NCBI GenBank assembly: GCA_963786935.1
Contig: CAWBAN010000003.1
Coordinates: forward strand, 64,001 to 128,000
Direction of reading: 5' to 3'
Origin: an uncultured bacterium
GTDB lineage: Bacteria > Krumholzibacteriota > Krumholzibacteriia > Krumholzibacteriales > Krumholzibacteriaceae
DNA: 64,000 bases
Each line of letters starts with the position of its first letter. Positions within the stretch are counted from its first letter, which is position 1. Positions 8,741-18,589 of the stretch are shown piece by piece. Under the pieces are notes generated by a model. That model was not told the DNA's origin. It did not search any database and was given only the letters and a program-made list of their open reading frames with translations. Made by a program: the position numbers and the translations under genes.

Positions 8741-10515
8741 GCGAAGAAGGAAAGAGAATCGGCGTCTACATCTGCCACTGCGGCGGCAACATCGCCGACT
8801 ACGTCGACGTCGACAAGGTCCGCGAGTCCGTCGAGAAGGAGCTCGGTGTCAAGGTCGCCACAACCTCCCTCTTCACCTGCTCCGACGCCTCGCAGCAGGA
8901 GATGAGGAAGGACATCGAGGATCAGAAGCTCGATGGAATGGTCGTCGCCTCCTGCTCGCCGAAGCTGCACCTCATGACCTTCCGCAACGTCGCCAAACGC
9001 TCGGGCATGAATCCCTTCCAGTACGTGCAGGTCAATATCAGGGAGCAGTGCTCGTGGGCGCATTCGGACGACAAGGAAGGCGCGACCTGCAAGGCGATCG
9101 GGCTCGTGCGCGGGGGGATCGAGAAGGCGATGCGGGCCGAGCCGCTCGAGCCGATCCGCGTGACGTCGGTCAAGAAGGTCCTCGTCATCGGGGCGGGCAT
9201 CGCGGGTCTCAGGGCGGCGATCGAGGCCGCCGATCTCGGCGTCGAGGTGTTCCTCATCGAGCGCGAGGCCGCGGCCGGCGGGCATGTCGCCGGGCTCGGC
9301 GAGATGTATCCGACGGGGAAAAACGGCGCCGATATCGTCAAGGGGCTCCTCGACGGAATCAGGAAACGGAGCAACATCACGCTCTTCACCGGCGCGGAGC
9401 TCGTGGAGAAGCAGGGGCATATCGGCGATTTCGAGGTGAAGATCAGGATCGGCGCGGGCGCCGCGGGGAGCGCCCCGGCACGGGCGGCCGCGCGCCCCGA
9501 GGAAACGATCTCCCTCAACGTCGGCGCTATCATCGTCGCGACCGGCTTCGACGTGTACCGGCCGAAGCGGGACGAATACGGCTTCGGCCTCGACGGGGTC
9601 GTCACCCTCGACGAATTCGAAAAAATGATTCAGGGCGCGGGCGGCCGCCTCGAGCGCGGCGGCCGTGAAGTGAAAACGATCGCGTTCATCTACTGCGTGG
9701 GGAGCAGGCAGGGGGCCGAGGTCGAAGGCGCGAACCAATACTGCTCGCGCTACTGCTGCAGCGCGGTGGTGCACGCGTCGAACCTCGCGATGCGGAAATT
9801 CCCCGGCCTGCGGACGGCGCACCTCTATCGCGACATCCGGACCTACGGCAAATTCGAGCTCCTCTACGAGGAGGCGTCGAAGAGCGGCGCCGTTTTCGCG
9901 CGGTTCGGCGAAGCGGAGCCGCCGACGGTGCGCGGGGAGAACGGCGCCCTCGTCGTCGCCGTGAAGGACCTGCTCACCGGCGGCGAGGAGATCGAGATCG
10001 CCGCCGATCTCGTCGTGTTGGCGAGCGGCATGGTGCCGCGGCGGAACGACGGCCTTACGACGACGCTCAAGCTTCCCATCGGCACCGACCGCTTTTACAA
10101 CGAGATTCACGCGAAGCTCCGCCCCGTCGAGACGGTGATCGACGGCGTCTACATCGCGGGCTCGTGCCAGGGGCCCAAGAACTCGACGGAGAGCGTCGTC
10201 GCCTCGCTCTCGGCCGTCTCGAAGGCTGCCGCGCTCCTCGTCAAGGGTTACGTCGACCTCCAGCCGTTCGTCGCGTACGTGATGAACGACCGGTGCGTCT
10301 GGTGCGGCGAGTGCGAGAAGGCGTGCCCCTATTCGGCCATCGAGAAGATCGCGTACGGCGACAAGGAAGTCGCCCGCGTCGTCGACGTGCTCTGCAAGGG
10401 CTGCGGCGCCTGCGTCCCCGTGTGCCCGAAGGACGCGACCCAGCTCAAGGGCTCGACCGACGGCCAGATCACGGCGATGATAGACGCGTTCGCGCGGGAG
10501 GCGGCCGGTGTCTGA
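8737..10515 (+). CDS. hdrA: Heterodisulfide reductase subunit A family protein
   Basis: IGVYICHCGGNI, ASCSPK, NIREQCSW, GAGIAG, CVGSR...CSRYCC, two C-terminal CxxCxxCxxxCP motifs. Confidence 0.9.
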   Translation: MSEEGKRIGVYICHCGGNIADYVDVDKVRESVEKELGVKVATTSLFTCSDASQQEMRKDIEDQKLDGMVVASCSPKLHLMTFRNVAKRSGMNPFQYVQVNIREQCSWAHSDDKEGATCKAIGLVRGGIEKAMRAEPLEPIRVTSVKKVLVIGAGIAGLRAAIEAADLGVEVFLIEREAAAGGHVAGLGEMYPTGKNGADIVKGLLDGIRKRSNITLFTGAELVEKQGHIGDFEVKIRIGAGAAGSAPARAAARPEETISLNVGAIIVATGFDVYRPKRDEYGFGLDGVVTLDEFEKMIQGAGGRLERGGREVKTIAFIYCVGSRQGAEVEGANQYCSRYCCSAVVHASNLAMRKFPGLRTAHLYRDIRTYGKFELLYEEASKSGAVFARFGEAEPPTVRGENGALVVAVKDLLTGGEEIEIAADLVVLASGMVPRRNDGLTTTLKLPIGTDRFYNEIHAKLRPVETVIDGVYIAGSCQGPKNSTESVVASLSAVSKAAALLVKGYVDLQPFVAYVMNDRCVWCGECEKACPYSAIEKIAYGDKEVARVVDVLCKGCGACVPVCPKDATQLKGSTDGQITAMIDAFAREAAGV

Positions 10516-10783
10516 TAACGCGGACAAGAGATTTCCGGAGAGCGATTCGATCAAGGGAGAGCGGCGCCAGACCGCCCGGCAGGAATATACGATACGTGCG
10601 AAGATGCTCGACGTTCTCCGCGGCGGCCCGAAGACGATCCCCGAGATCGCCGCCGCCCTGAGCATCGCGCCGCACGAGGCGACGTGGTGGCTCATGGGAT
10701 ACGTGCGGTACGGGTTCGTCGCCGCCACCGAAGAAACGACCGACGAAGGCTATTACAAATATAAAATCGTGGAAGGGAAATAA
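10508..10783 (+). CDS. Small winged-helix protein
   Basis: KMLDVLRGGPKTIPEIAAALSI...YGFV...YYKY wHTH pattern; overlaps the hdrA stop codon. Confidence 0.7.
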   Translation: MSDNADKRFPESDSIKGERRQTARQEYTIRAKMLDVLRGGPKTIPEIAAALSIAPHEATWWLMGYVRYGFVAATEETTDEGYYKYKIVEGK

Positions 10784-10785
10784 CG

Positions 10786-11865
10786 ATGGAGCGGGCGAAT
10801 CTCGATTTCGTCGACAGCGTGAAGAAGCTCGGCGCTCCCGATCTCGCCGCGTGCTACAGCTGCGGCACGTGCAGCGCGGTCTGCCCGCTCTCCGAGGGGG
10901 AGCTCTCCTTCCCGCGGAAGATGATCCGCTACTCGCTCCTCGGGCTCGAAGGCAGGATCCTCTCGTCCCCCGAGCCGTGGCTCTGCTACTACTGCGGCGA
11001 ATGCAGCAAGACGTGCCCCCGCGAGGCCGATCCGGGCGCGCTCATGATGGCGCTCCGGCGGTTCACGATCCGCAGGTACTCGATCGGCCGCGTCGCGGAC
11101 GCGTTCTATTCGGCGTTCGCCTCCGGCATCGCATGGATTGTCCTCGCCGCGATCGCGATCGCCCTGATCGTCGTCTTCCACAATCCCGCGATGGACCGCG
11201 AGAAGGTCGATTTCCTCTCGTTCATCCCGCTCGAGGACATCCACGTCGCCGGAATCGCGATCGTCGTCCTCATCATGGCGGCGTTTCTCGGCAACGTCTG
11301 GATCATGTACCGCTCGATGAAAAAGGGGCGGCACGGCGCCGCGTTCACGATGGACAATCTCAAGCGCTCCTCGCTCGGCGCGATCCGCGAGATCGCATTC
11401 CAGAAGCGCTTCGGCGAGTGCGAGGACGACAGGTTCCGCCGCTGGGCGCACCTCGCCGTCTCGGCGGGATTCATGGGGATGTTTCTGGCGACCTGCATCA
11501 TCGCGGCGGTCGACTTCAAGTGGATTCCGCTCCCGCGCTGGGTATCGCTCGCGATCGGCTCGGTCTCGGGAGCGGCGGCCATGTTCGGGCTCGGCTATTA
11601 CATGAACATGCGCTTGAAGCGTCGGGGTGAATACGCGAAACGCTCCCACCATTCGGACTGGGTCTTCCTGATGCTGCTCGTGCTCTCCGTCGTGAGCGGC
11701 TACGTGATGCTCGCGTTCAGGTTCCTGCAGATGCCCATGGCCGCGTACGGGGCGTTTGCCATTCATCTCGTTTTCGTGTTTAATCTTCTCATGTCGGTGC
11801 CCTTCACCAAATTCGCGCACGTGGTGTACCGGCCGGTCGCCCTGTGGCTCGCCGGGGTGAAATAG
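10786..11865 (+). CDS. QmoC-like HdrC (2x[4Fe-4S]) plus membrane cytochrome b (NarI/HdrE-like) fusion
   Basis: CYSCGTCSAVCP and WLCYYCGECSKTCPR followed by ~6 TM helices with His (RWAHL, AIHL, PFTKFAH). Confidence 0.85.
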   Translation: MERANLDFVDSVKKLGAPDLAACYSCGTCSAVCPLSEGELSFPRKMIRYSLLGLEGRILSSPEPWLCYYCGECSKTCPREADPGALMMALRRFTIRRYSIGRVADAFYSAFASGIAWIVLAAIAIALIVVFHNPAMDREKVDFLSFIPLEDIHVAGIAIVVLIMAAFLGNVWIMYRSMKKGRHGAAFTMDNLKRSSLGAIREIAFQKRFGECEDDRFRRWAHLAVSAGFMGMFLATCIIAAVDFKWIPLPRWVSLAIGSVSGAAAMFGLGYYMNMRLKRRGEYAKRSHHSDWVFLMLLVLSVVSGYVMLAFRFLQMPMAAYGAFAIHLVFVFNLLMSVPFTKFAHVVYRPVALWLAGVK

Positions 11866-11888
11866 ACGTTCGGTAAGGAGGAATTCGA

Positions 11889-12371
11889 ATGAGCGACGGA
11901 ACGGCTCCCGATAAGGCGAGCATCATCGTCATGAGCGGCGACATGGACAAGGTCATGGGCGCCTTCATCATCGCGAACGGCGCCGCCGCGTTCGACATGA
12001 AGGTCACGATGTTCTTCACCTTCTGGGGCCTCAAGGCGATCCAGAAGGGGAACCTCACCGGGAAGAGCCTCATGGGGCGAATGCTCGGCGTCATGAACCG
12101 CGGCGGCCTCGAGGCGATCGGACCGTCCCGGCTCAACATGGGCGGCATGGGCCGCTGGATGTTCAAGAAGATGATGAAGAATCACAAGGTCATGCCGCTC
12201 CCGGCCCTCGTGAAGCAGGCGCAGGAGCAGGGCGTTCGCCTCGTCGCCTGCGACATGAGCATGAGCGTGATGGAGATCTCCAAAGCGGATCTCATCGAAG
12301 GCGTCGAGATCGGAGGCGTGGCGACCTTCATCGGCGAGGCGATGGACTCGAAGTTCTCCCTCTTTATCTGA
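11889..12371 (+). CDS. DsrE2 (DsrE/DsrF/DrsH-like) sulfur relay protein
   Basis: SGDMDK...MFFTFWGL...LVACDMSM...GGVATF signature. Confidence 0.9.
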   Translation: MSDGTAPDKASIIVMSGDMDKVMGAFIIANGAAAFDMKVTMFFTFWGLKAIQKGNLTGKSLMGRMLGVMNRGGLEAIGPSRLNMGGMGRWMFKKMMKNHKVMPLPALVKQAQEQGVRLVACDMSMSVMEISKADLIEGVEIGGVATFIGEAMDSKFSLFI

Positions 12372-15300
12372 CGAGCACCATCTTGCGCGACAGCGTCTCG
12401 CGTCCCGCGGTCAGCCGGTAGATGTAGAGGCCGGCGGCCGCGGGCCGTCCCGACTCGGCAGCGCCGTTCCACACGGCGCTGTGGTTTCCCCGCTCCTCGG
12501 TCTTATCCACGAGACAGGCGACGCGGCGTCCCGAGACGTCGAAGATCTCGAGCCGCACGCGGCCCGATTCGGGGATATAGTACGAAATCGTCGTGGATGG
12601 GTTGAACGGGTTCGGCCAGTTCTGCTCGAGCGCGAGCGGCATCGCGGGAATGGCGATGCGATCCGTCTCGAAGAGAACGTGCGATCCGGAGCCGTCCGTG
12701 TACTCCACCCGGTAGCGGTACGCCTTGCCCGGCACGACGCTCCCGTCACGGTAGGTGAACAAGAGCCCGTCGGCCTCGATGTCGGAGGATGGAACGCCGT
12801 ACGCCGCCGCTCCTTCCTCACGCCGGGAAACGCCGAAGCGCACGTCTCCGTCCATGCGGCTCAGCCGCCACGTGACGCTCACCGCGCCGTCTCCGTACGA
12901 GGAGGCGGACTCCTGGAGGAGCGTGGCGACGGGAGGAGCGTTGCAGCTCAGGTCGCTGATGACCGTCCCCGTCTCGATCGGGTATCCAGTGGCGCAGTTG
13001 GCGAAGAGTGCCCCCGCGTTGAGCCTGACCACGGATGGATTGAGATTGAGCACGAAGAGGTTCTGCGTGACGGCCCAGGTCCATCCGTCGCAGCACGCTC
13101 CGAAGGCGAGGCTCAAATCCGTGTTGATGCTTCCAAGAGTGACGGTGATGGCCGGATTGAACGTCACGGTCATCGCGATGATGTTGGCCGGGTAGGTGAC
13201 GCTGAACTCCGCCGCCATCATGCCGGCGTCTCCGGGGAGGCACCAGACCCACATCGGGAGGATCGTATAAGGGGCCGTGGGATTGATCGCGTTGGTCGAA
13301 TGGAACTCGTCCGCGTACAGCCCGATGAATCCCGTGCCGCTCGGAGGCCCGTACGGCGTGGAGAAGCTCGCCTCGCTCCCGGGGGCGATCGGGTTCCCCG
13401 CGTGGTCCGTGACGTTCGACACGCTCACCTTGTACGTGGCGCCCGCCTCGAGATTGGCGCTGAGATGGAGCCCCGCCGTCAGGCTGTTGGGCCGCTCGAC
13501 GGACTCCGGATGGAAGGACGGGCCCGAGAAGCTGACGGGACTGATCGTGTAATTCGTCGTCACGACGGCGGTCGCCGTGGTGACCGGCTCGCTGAACGCG
13601 ATCCGCACGTACGAGAGGGTCGTCGCCTCGGCCCCGCTCAACTGCGGCGGAATCAAATCCGGCCGGCTGATCTGGACGACGCTGAGCGCCGGGATGGGAT
13701 TTCCCGCGCGGTCGACGACTCCCGACACGGCGAGCGAGTACATGATTCCCTCCTGCAGCGTTCCGCCGAGCGTCAGGAGCACGTACATCGAATCGCTCTG
13801 GAGCGCGGCGCTCGACACGGGAACCGTGGCGCTCGAATTCGCCGTCTCGTAGACGAGGTAGTGGGCCGGGTCCTGCGCCGTGGCGGCGTCGAGCTTCTCG
13901 CTGAAGCGGGCGAGCACCTCCGTGTTCACCGAGGAGTGCGCCGAGATGAGCGCCGGCGGGGTCGCGTCCGTGAAGGTGAAGGAGCGCGAGGTCCCCGGCG
14001 GCATGACGTTCTCTGCGCGATCGGTGAGGTTGCTCATCGAGATCGTGTAGTTGACCCCGGCCGTCATATCGGCCGCGAGGACGAGCCCGATGCGCGACGA
14101 ATCGGGCATCAGCGCCGCGGTCGCGATCCCGATCACGTGAGCCGGATCGGCCGTCTCGAAGAGCAGGTAGTTCGATTCGTCCTCCGCCGTGCTCCTCGCG
14201 ATCGGCTCGTCGAAGGCGAGCTCGACCGTCGCCGCCGAGGTCGGCGTGACTCCCGTCAGGACCGGCGGGAACGTGTCGGGGTAGATCGTGGTGATCGTCG
14301 CGGTGGTGATGGCGTTTCCCTTCAGGTCCCGCACATTCTGAATGCGGATCGTGTAGTCGACATCGAGCTTCATCGCGGCGCCGAGGGAGAGCCGCACCGC
14401 ATCCCCTCCGGCTTCGAGCTCCGCACTCGAGACGGGGAGATATATCGCGCTGGTCGCCGTCTCGAACATGCGGTAGTTCGCCTTCGTCTCCGCCGCGGTT
14501 TCTTCCAGCTGCTCGTTGAATCCCACCCTGACGAAGGAGCGGCTGAGAGGAGCGGCCGAGAGCGGAACGGGCGCGTAGGTGTCGTGCCACATGAAGACCA
14601 TCCACGTGACGACGGACAGCACATTCCCGTGGAGGTCATGGATATTGTTCGTCCGAAGCAGGTACTCGACCTCGAGGCTGAGGTCGGCGCCGAGAGAGAG
14701 CTGCACGAACCTCCGGTCGGGCTGCAGGACGGCGGCGGTGACGGGGACGGTCGTCGTCGTGCCGGTCAGCTCGATTTCGTAGTTGCTCGTGAGCTCGGCG
14801 GAGGAAGCTTGGACCTCCTCGTTGAATCGCACCTGCACGAGGCGCGCCCCGAGCGCCTCGACCGCCACGAGGAACGGAGGGCTCGTGTCGGCGACCATGA
14901 AGCTGGCCGTATTGTAGGTCGGCGAAATGATGTTCCCGGCGAAGTCGGTGACGTTCGTCACCTTGACGGTGAGCGTGACCTGCGTCGGGAGGAGGTTCAG
15001 GTTGTCGAACGAGAGAACGACGCGCTTCGGCTCGGCGATGACCGCCCGGTACGCGTAGGAAGGCACGAGCGTGCCGTACCGGTAGATCCGGTAGTTGTTC
15101 GGATTCGTCGCCGTCGCCGGGCGGACCGGCTCGTTGAACACGATCGTGAGGAGGCTGTCGGCGGACGCCGAAGCGCTCACGACCTGCGGCGGATCGCTGT
15201 CGATCGAGGAGAACACGGCGGTGCTCCACGACGGGACCGCATTCCCCCACGGATCGTAGACGCCGGGCGCGCGAACGACGTACTGGGCGCCCGAGATGAG

Positions 15301-16035
15301 CGGCTGCGAGGTATAGAGCGTCGCCGACAATCCGTCGGAGGAGAGAGTAGCTTCCCCGACGGGGACCGTAGCGTTCGAGTCGACGGCCTCGGTGATGGTG
15401 TAGCTGCCGGGATTCTGGGCGCACTGTTTCAGCACCGGCTCGCTGAACGTGACCGTGACCGAGTTGGAAGTCTCATAGGTGGCTCCCGCGAGGAGCGGCG
15501 CTGTGGTGTCCGGGGGGCAGGCGGCGTTGAAGCAGAGGAGCGAGGAGATGAAGACCGGCTCGAGCGGATTGCCGAGCTCGCACGTCGCTATCTGATAGTC
15601 CCCCGACGTTCCGTTCGCCTCGATCTCGATCCGCGTCTGCTCGGTGTTCGTCAGGATCAGACTCTGATGATGCGTCCATACCCAGTCGTTCTGACAATCG
15701 GTGAACGCGACGCTCGTCCCCGCGTCGAGCTCGCCGAGCTCCACAGCGATGAGGGGATTCAACGTTATTTCGCCCATGATCACGTTCGCAGGGTACGCGA
15801 TGGAGAACTCGACGCCGGCGAGCCCCCGCGCCGTCGGGTGGCAGAAGACGTACATCGTGATTTCGGTCGGGCCGCCCGCGTAATAGCCCTCGTTCGTCGA
15901 CCGGCTCTCGTCGGCGTAGAGCCCGATGGAGCCGTAGTCCGGGGCCTGTGCGAATCCCGGTTGGAATGCGGCAGCCGTCATGATGAAAACCATCGCAGCC
16001 GCCGTCGCAACTCGAAGGAACAACGAGCGTTTCAT
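12364..16035 (-). CDS. Large secreted/surface protein: GxIGLYAD domain, seven SbsA/Big_5-like Ig repeats, second GxIGLYAD domain, FN3-like domain, FlgD/T9SS-type C-terminal domain
   Basis: Signal peptide MKRSLFLRV...PGFA with GAGGAGG SD; 7 DTxPP...V.F.E...NY...V.D..GN repeats; LEQNWPNPFNP...RKMVLVR. Confidence 0.85.
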   Translation of the reverse strand: MKRSLFLRVATAAAMVFIMTAAAFQPGFAQAPDYGSIGLYADESRSTNEGYYAGGPTEITMYVFCHPTARGLAGVEFSIAYPANVIMGEITLNPLIAVELGELDAGTSVAFTDCQNDWVWTHHQSLILTNTEQTRIEIEANGTSGDYQIATCELGNPLEPVFISSLLCFNAACPPDTTAPLLAGATYETSNSVTVTFSEPVLKQCAQNPGSYTITEAVDSNATVPVGEATLSSDGLSATLYTSQPLISGAQYVVRAPGVYDPWGNAVPSWSTAVFSSIDSDPPQVVSASASADSLLTIVFNEPVRPATATNPNNYRIYRYGTLVPSYAYRAVIAEPKRVVLSFDNLNLLPTQVTLTVKVTNVTDFAGNIISPTYNTASFMVADTSPPFLVAVEALGARLVQVRFNEEVQASSAELTSNYEIELTGTTTTVPVTAAVLQPDRRFVQLSLGADLSLEVEYLLRTNNIHDLHGNVLSVVTWMVFMWHDTYAPVPLSAAPLSRSFVRVGFNEQLEETAAETKANYRMFETATSAIYLPVSSAELEAGGDAVRLSLGAAMKLDVDYTIRIQNVRDLKGNAITTATITTIYPDTFPPVLTGVTPTSAATVELAFDEPIARSTAEDESNYLLFETADPAHVIGIATAALMPDSSRIGLVLAADMTAGVNYTISMSNLTDRAENVMPPGTSRSFTFTDATPPALISAHSSVNTEVLARFSEKLDAATAQDPAHYLVYETANSSATVPVSSAALQSDSMYVLLTLGGTLQEGIMYSLAVSGVVDRAGNPIPALSVVQISRPDLIPPQLSGAEATTLSYVRIAFSEPVTTATAVVTTNYTISPVSFSGPSFHPESVERPNSLTAGLHLSANLEAGATYKVSVSNVTDHAGNPIAPGSEASFSTPYGPPSGTGFIGLYADEFHSTNAINPTAPYTILPMWVWCLPGDAGMMAAEFSVTYPANIIAMTVTFNPAITVTLGSINTDLSLAFGACCDGWTWAVTQNLFVLNLNPSVVRLNAGALFANCATGYPIETGTVISDLSCNAPPVATLLQESASSYGDGAVSVTWRLSRMDGDVRFGVSRREEGAAAYGVPSSDIEADGLLFTYRDGSVVPGKAYRYRVEYTDGSGSHVLFETDRIAIPAMPLALEQNWPNPFNPSTTISYYIPESGRVRLEIFDVSGRRVACLVDKTEERGNHSAVWNGAAESGRPAAAGLYIYRLTAGRETLSRKMVLVR

Positions 16036-16346
16036 GATTTTCGTCGCCTCCTCAAAGACGTGGCAGAACACTGCCGGATGGCGCGCTGAATGAGATTGCC
16101 TGTGTGATCGTAGTCTAGCATAGAAAGTACGCCTTTTCAATTGAAATGCGCGGTTTCATGAGCCTCCCGCAAATCCGCGAGCCCCTCGCAAGGCACTTCA
16201 TCGTTGCGTCGCCGACGGCGTAACCATATACTGATTACGTCATGTCGAGTCCCGATCTCAAATGAAAACGCAGAGGGTCCGGGAGCACGGGCGCTCCCGG
16301 AGGTAAATCGCATAGTCGGGCCGCTATGCCGGAGCAGGTACGGCAC

Positions 16347-18584
16347 ATGAAGCGGGTGCTTCTCCTCATCCTCCCGATTCTCGTGATTATTACCGCGGGA
16401 TTCACGATCCTCGGAGTCATCCAGGTGCGTTCCGTCCGCGAACGGCTCATGGACGATCTCATGCGAAAGGCGCGAGCGGTCGCCGAAAGCACGGAATTCT
16501 CGGCGCGGGACATTCTCAAAAACATGAACATCGCCGAGGCGGGGCGGCTCGTCGAGAGTTTCCAGCAACGCGAGCAGATGCAGGGGTGCATCCTCTACGA
16601 CCGGAATCTCGACGTCATCGCGGTCACCGAGCGTATCGCGGGCTTTAATGAGCCGAGCAAGGTGCACCTGAAGCTCGTGCTCGAAACGAAGACCGCCCGG
16701 GGGGCGCTCGTCCAGCTCGGGGAGTATCCGGTGTACCGATATCTTCAGCCCGTGTTCGACGAGAACGACAATCCGCTCGGCCTCGTGGAAATCGTGTACG
16801 ACACCTCGCACCTCCACAGCACGCTGGCGGGGCTCTGGCGGCGCATCAGCTACACCCTCATCGCGGCCTTGTCCATGATCGTGCTCGTTTCCCTCGTGGT
16901 GGAACGGCAGACCTACATTCTCCCGGTGCGGCGTCTCACCGCGTGGTTCACTCACTTTCAGAAAGGGGAGGTGGACAAGCTCAGCCCGTTCAAGGCGAAA
17001 GGGGAGTTCGGAAAGCTCATCAGCGAGGTCGAGCAGGTCGCGCTGAGCCTCCGGGTGGCGAGACGTGCGGCGGCCGATACCGCGCACGGTCGCCTGCGGC
17101 AGGAGGATCTGTGGACGGAGGCGAAGCTGCGGGATCTTATCAACGCTCGGCTCGGCGAGAACTCTTTCCTCGTCGCGTCGAACCGCGAGCCCTACATGCA
17201 CGTCATCGACGAGCCGGGGGGAGAGGTCAGGTGCGTGAGGCCGGCGAGCGGCGTCGTGACCGCCATCGACCCCATCCTGCGCGCGTGCGGGGGAACGTGG
17301 ATCGCCCACGGGAGCGGCAACGCCGACCGGAAATTCGTGAACTCCCGGGACAAGCTCGGTGTGCCTCCCGGCGACGACCGGTACATCCTCAAGCGGGTTT
17401 GGCTCACGAAGGAGGAGGAAGACGGATATTACAACGGATTCTCGAACGAAGGGCTCTGGCCGCTCTGCCATGTCACGCACACGAGACCCATATTCCGCGA
17501 GAGCGACTGGCGGATGTACGAGCGGGTGAACCGCCAGTTTGCCGAGAGCGTGATCGAAGAGCTGCCGGCGAAGGATCCCTTCGTCTTTATCCAGGATTAC
17601 CACTTCACCCTGCTGCCCCGCATGATCAAGGAGAAGCGGCCCGACGCGACGGTCGCACTGTTCTGGCACATCCCGTGGCCGAATCCCGAGGTCTTCGCGA
17701 TCTGTCCGTACCAGCAGCAGATTCTCGACGGCATGCTGGGGTGCGATCTGATCGGATTTCACGTGCAGTTCCACTGCAACAACTTTCTCGATACGGTGAA
17801 CCGGCTGATCGAAGCGCGCGTCGACGCGGAGAAGTTCAGCGTTGTTCGGGCGCAGCGGGAGACGATCGTCCGGGCGTTTCCGATCAGCATCGACGCGTCG
17901 TTCGCCGACGCACACGAGGCGGACGCGAGCGAGGTCGAACGGATCCGCGCGCGGCTCGGCCTCGAGGGGAAGATCACGGCAGTCGGCGTCGACCGCGTTG
18001 ATTACACGAAGGGCATCGTCGAGCGCATCCTCGCGGTCGACCGGCTCCTCGAGAAATACCCCGAATACCGCGGGAAGTTCGTCTTCATCCAGTTGGGGGC
18101 GCCGAGCCGCACCAACATCAAGCGGTACCACGATCTCGGCGCCGAGATCGACGATCTGGTCCACCGGAAGAATCGGAAATACGCGGACGGGGCATGGCGG
18201 CCCATCATTTACCTCAACCGTCACTTTTCGCCGGCGGAGATCAAGCCGTATTACGCGCTGGCGGATCTCTGCGTCGTGAGCTCACTCCACGACGGCATGA
18301 ACCTCGTCGCGAAGGAGTACATCGCGGCGAAACGGGGATCGGGCGGGATGCTCGTCTTGAGCCGGTTCACCGGGGCGTCGCGCGAGCTCGCCGACGCGGT
18401 GCTCGTCAATCCGTATTCGATCGAGGAGTTCGCGGATGCCATCAGGGCGGCGATCGAGATGCCGCCCGACGAAAAGCGCAGGCGCATGGAAGCCATGCGG
18501 GGAGTGATTGCCGAAAATAACGTCTACCGGTGGGCGGCGAGCATTATTACGGAGCTCGTCTCGCTCAAGAGGAGCGGGGGCTGA
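16347..18584 (+). CDS. otsA: Trehalose-6-phosphate synthase (GT20) fused to an N-terminal TM-extracytoplasmic sensor-TM-HAMP module
   Basis: VASNREP, ASGVVTA, YYNGFSNEGLWPLCH, IQDYH, FWHIPWP, VDRVDYTKG, DGMNLVAKEY; two N-terminal TM helices and HAMP-like PVRRLT...GEFGKLISEVEQV. Confidence 0.9.
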   Translation: MKRVLLLILPILVIITAGFTILGVIQVRSVRERLMDDLMRKARAVAESTEFSARDILKNMNIAEAGRLVESFQQREQMQGCILYDRNLDVIAVTERIAGFNEPSKVHLKLVLETKTARGALVQLGEYPVYRYLQPVFDENDNPLGLVEIVYDTSHLHSTLAGLWRRISYTLIAALSMIVLVSLVVERQTYILPVRRLTAWFTHFQKGEVDKLSPFKAKGEFGKLISEVEQVALSLRVARRAAADTAHGRLRQEDLWTEAKLRDLINARLGENSFLVASNREPYMHVIDEPGGEVRCVRPASGVVTAIDPILRACGGTWIAHGSGNADRKFVNSRDKLGVPPGDDRYILKRVWLTKEEEDGYYNGFSNEGLWPLCHVTHTRPIFRESDWRMYERVNRQFAESVIEELPAKDPFVFIQDYHFTLLPRMIKEKRPDATVALFWHIPWPNPEVFAICPYQQQILDGMLGCDLIGFHVQFHCNNFLDTVNRLIEARVDAEKFSVVRAQRETIVRAFPISIDASFADAHEADASEVERIRARLGLEGKITAVGVDRVDYTKGIVERILAVDRLLEKYPEYRGKFVFIQLGAPSRTNIKRYHDLGAEIDDLVHRKNRKYADGAWRPIIYLNRHFSPAEIKPYYALADLCVVSSLHDGMNLVAKEYIAAKRGSGGMLVLSRFTGASRELADAVLVNPYSIEEFADAIRAAIEMPPDEKRRRMEAMRGVIAENNVYRWAASIITELVSLKRSGG

Positions 18585-18589
18585 TCCGT

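Noticed and set aside
6032..12371. Calling the cluster canonical qmoABC or evidence of sulfate reduction or methanogenesis
   Set aside because: No aprAB, sat, dsrAB or hdrB in the window; the architecture differs (GltD-like insert, separate MvhD-like gene)
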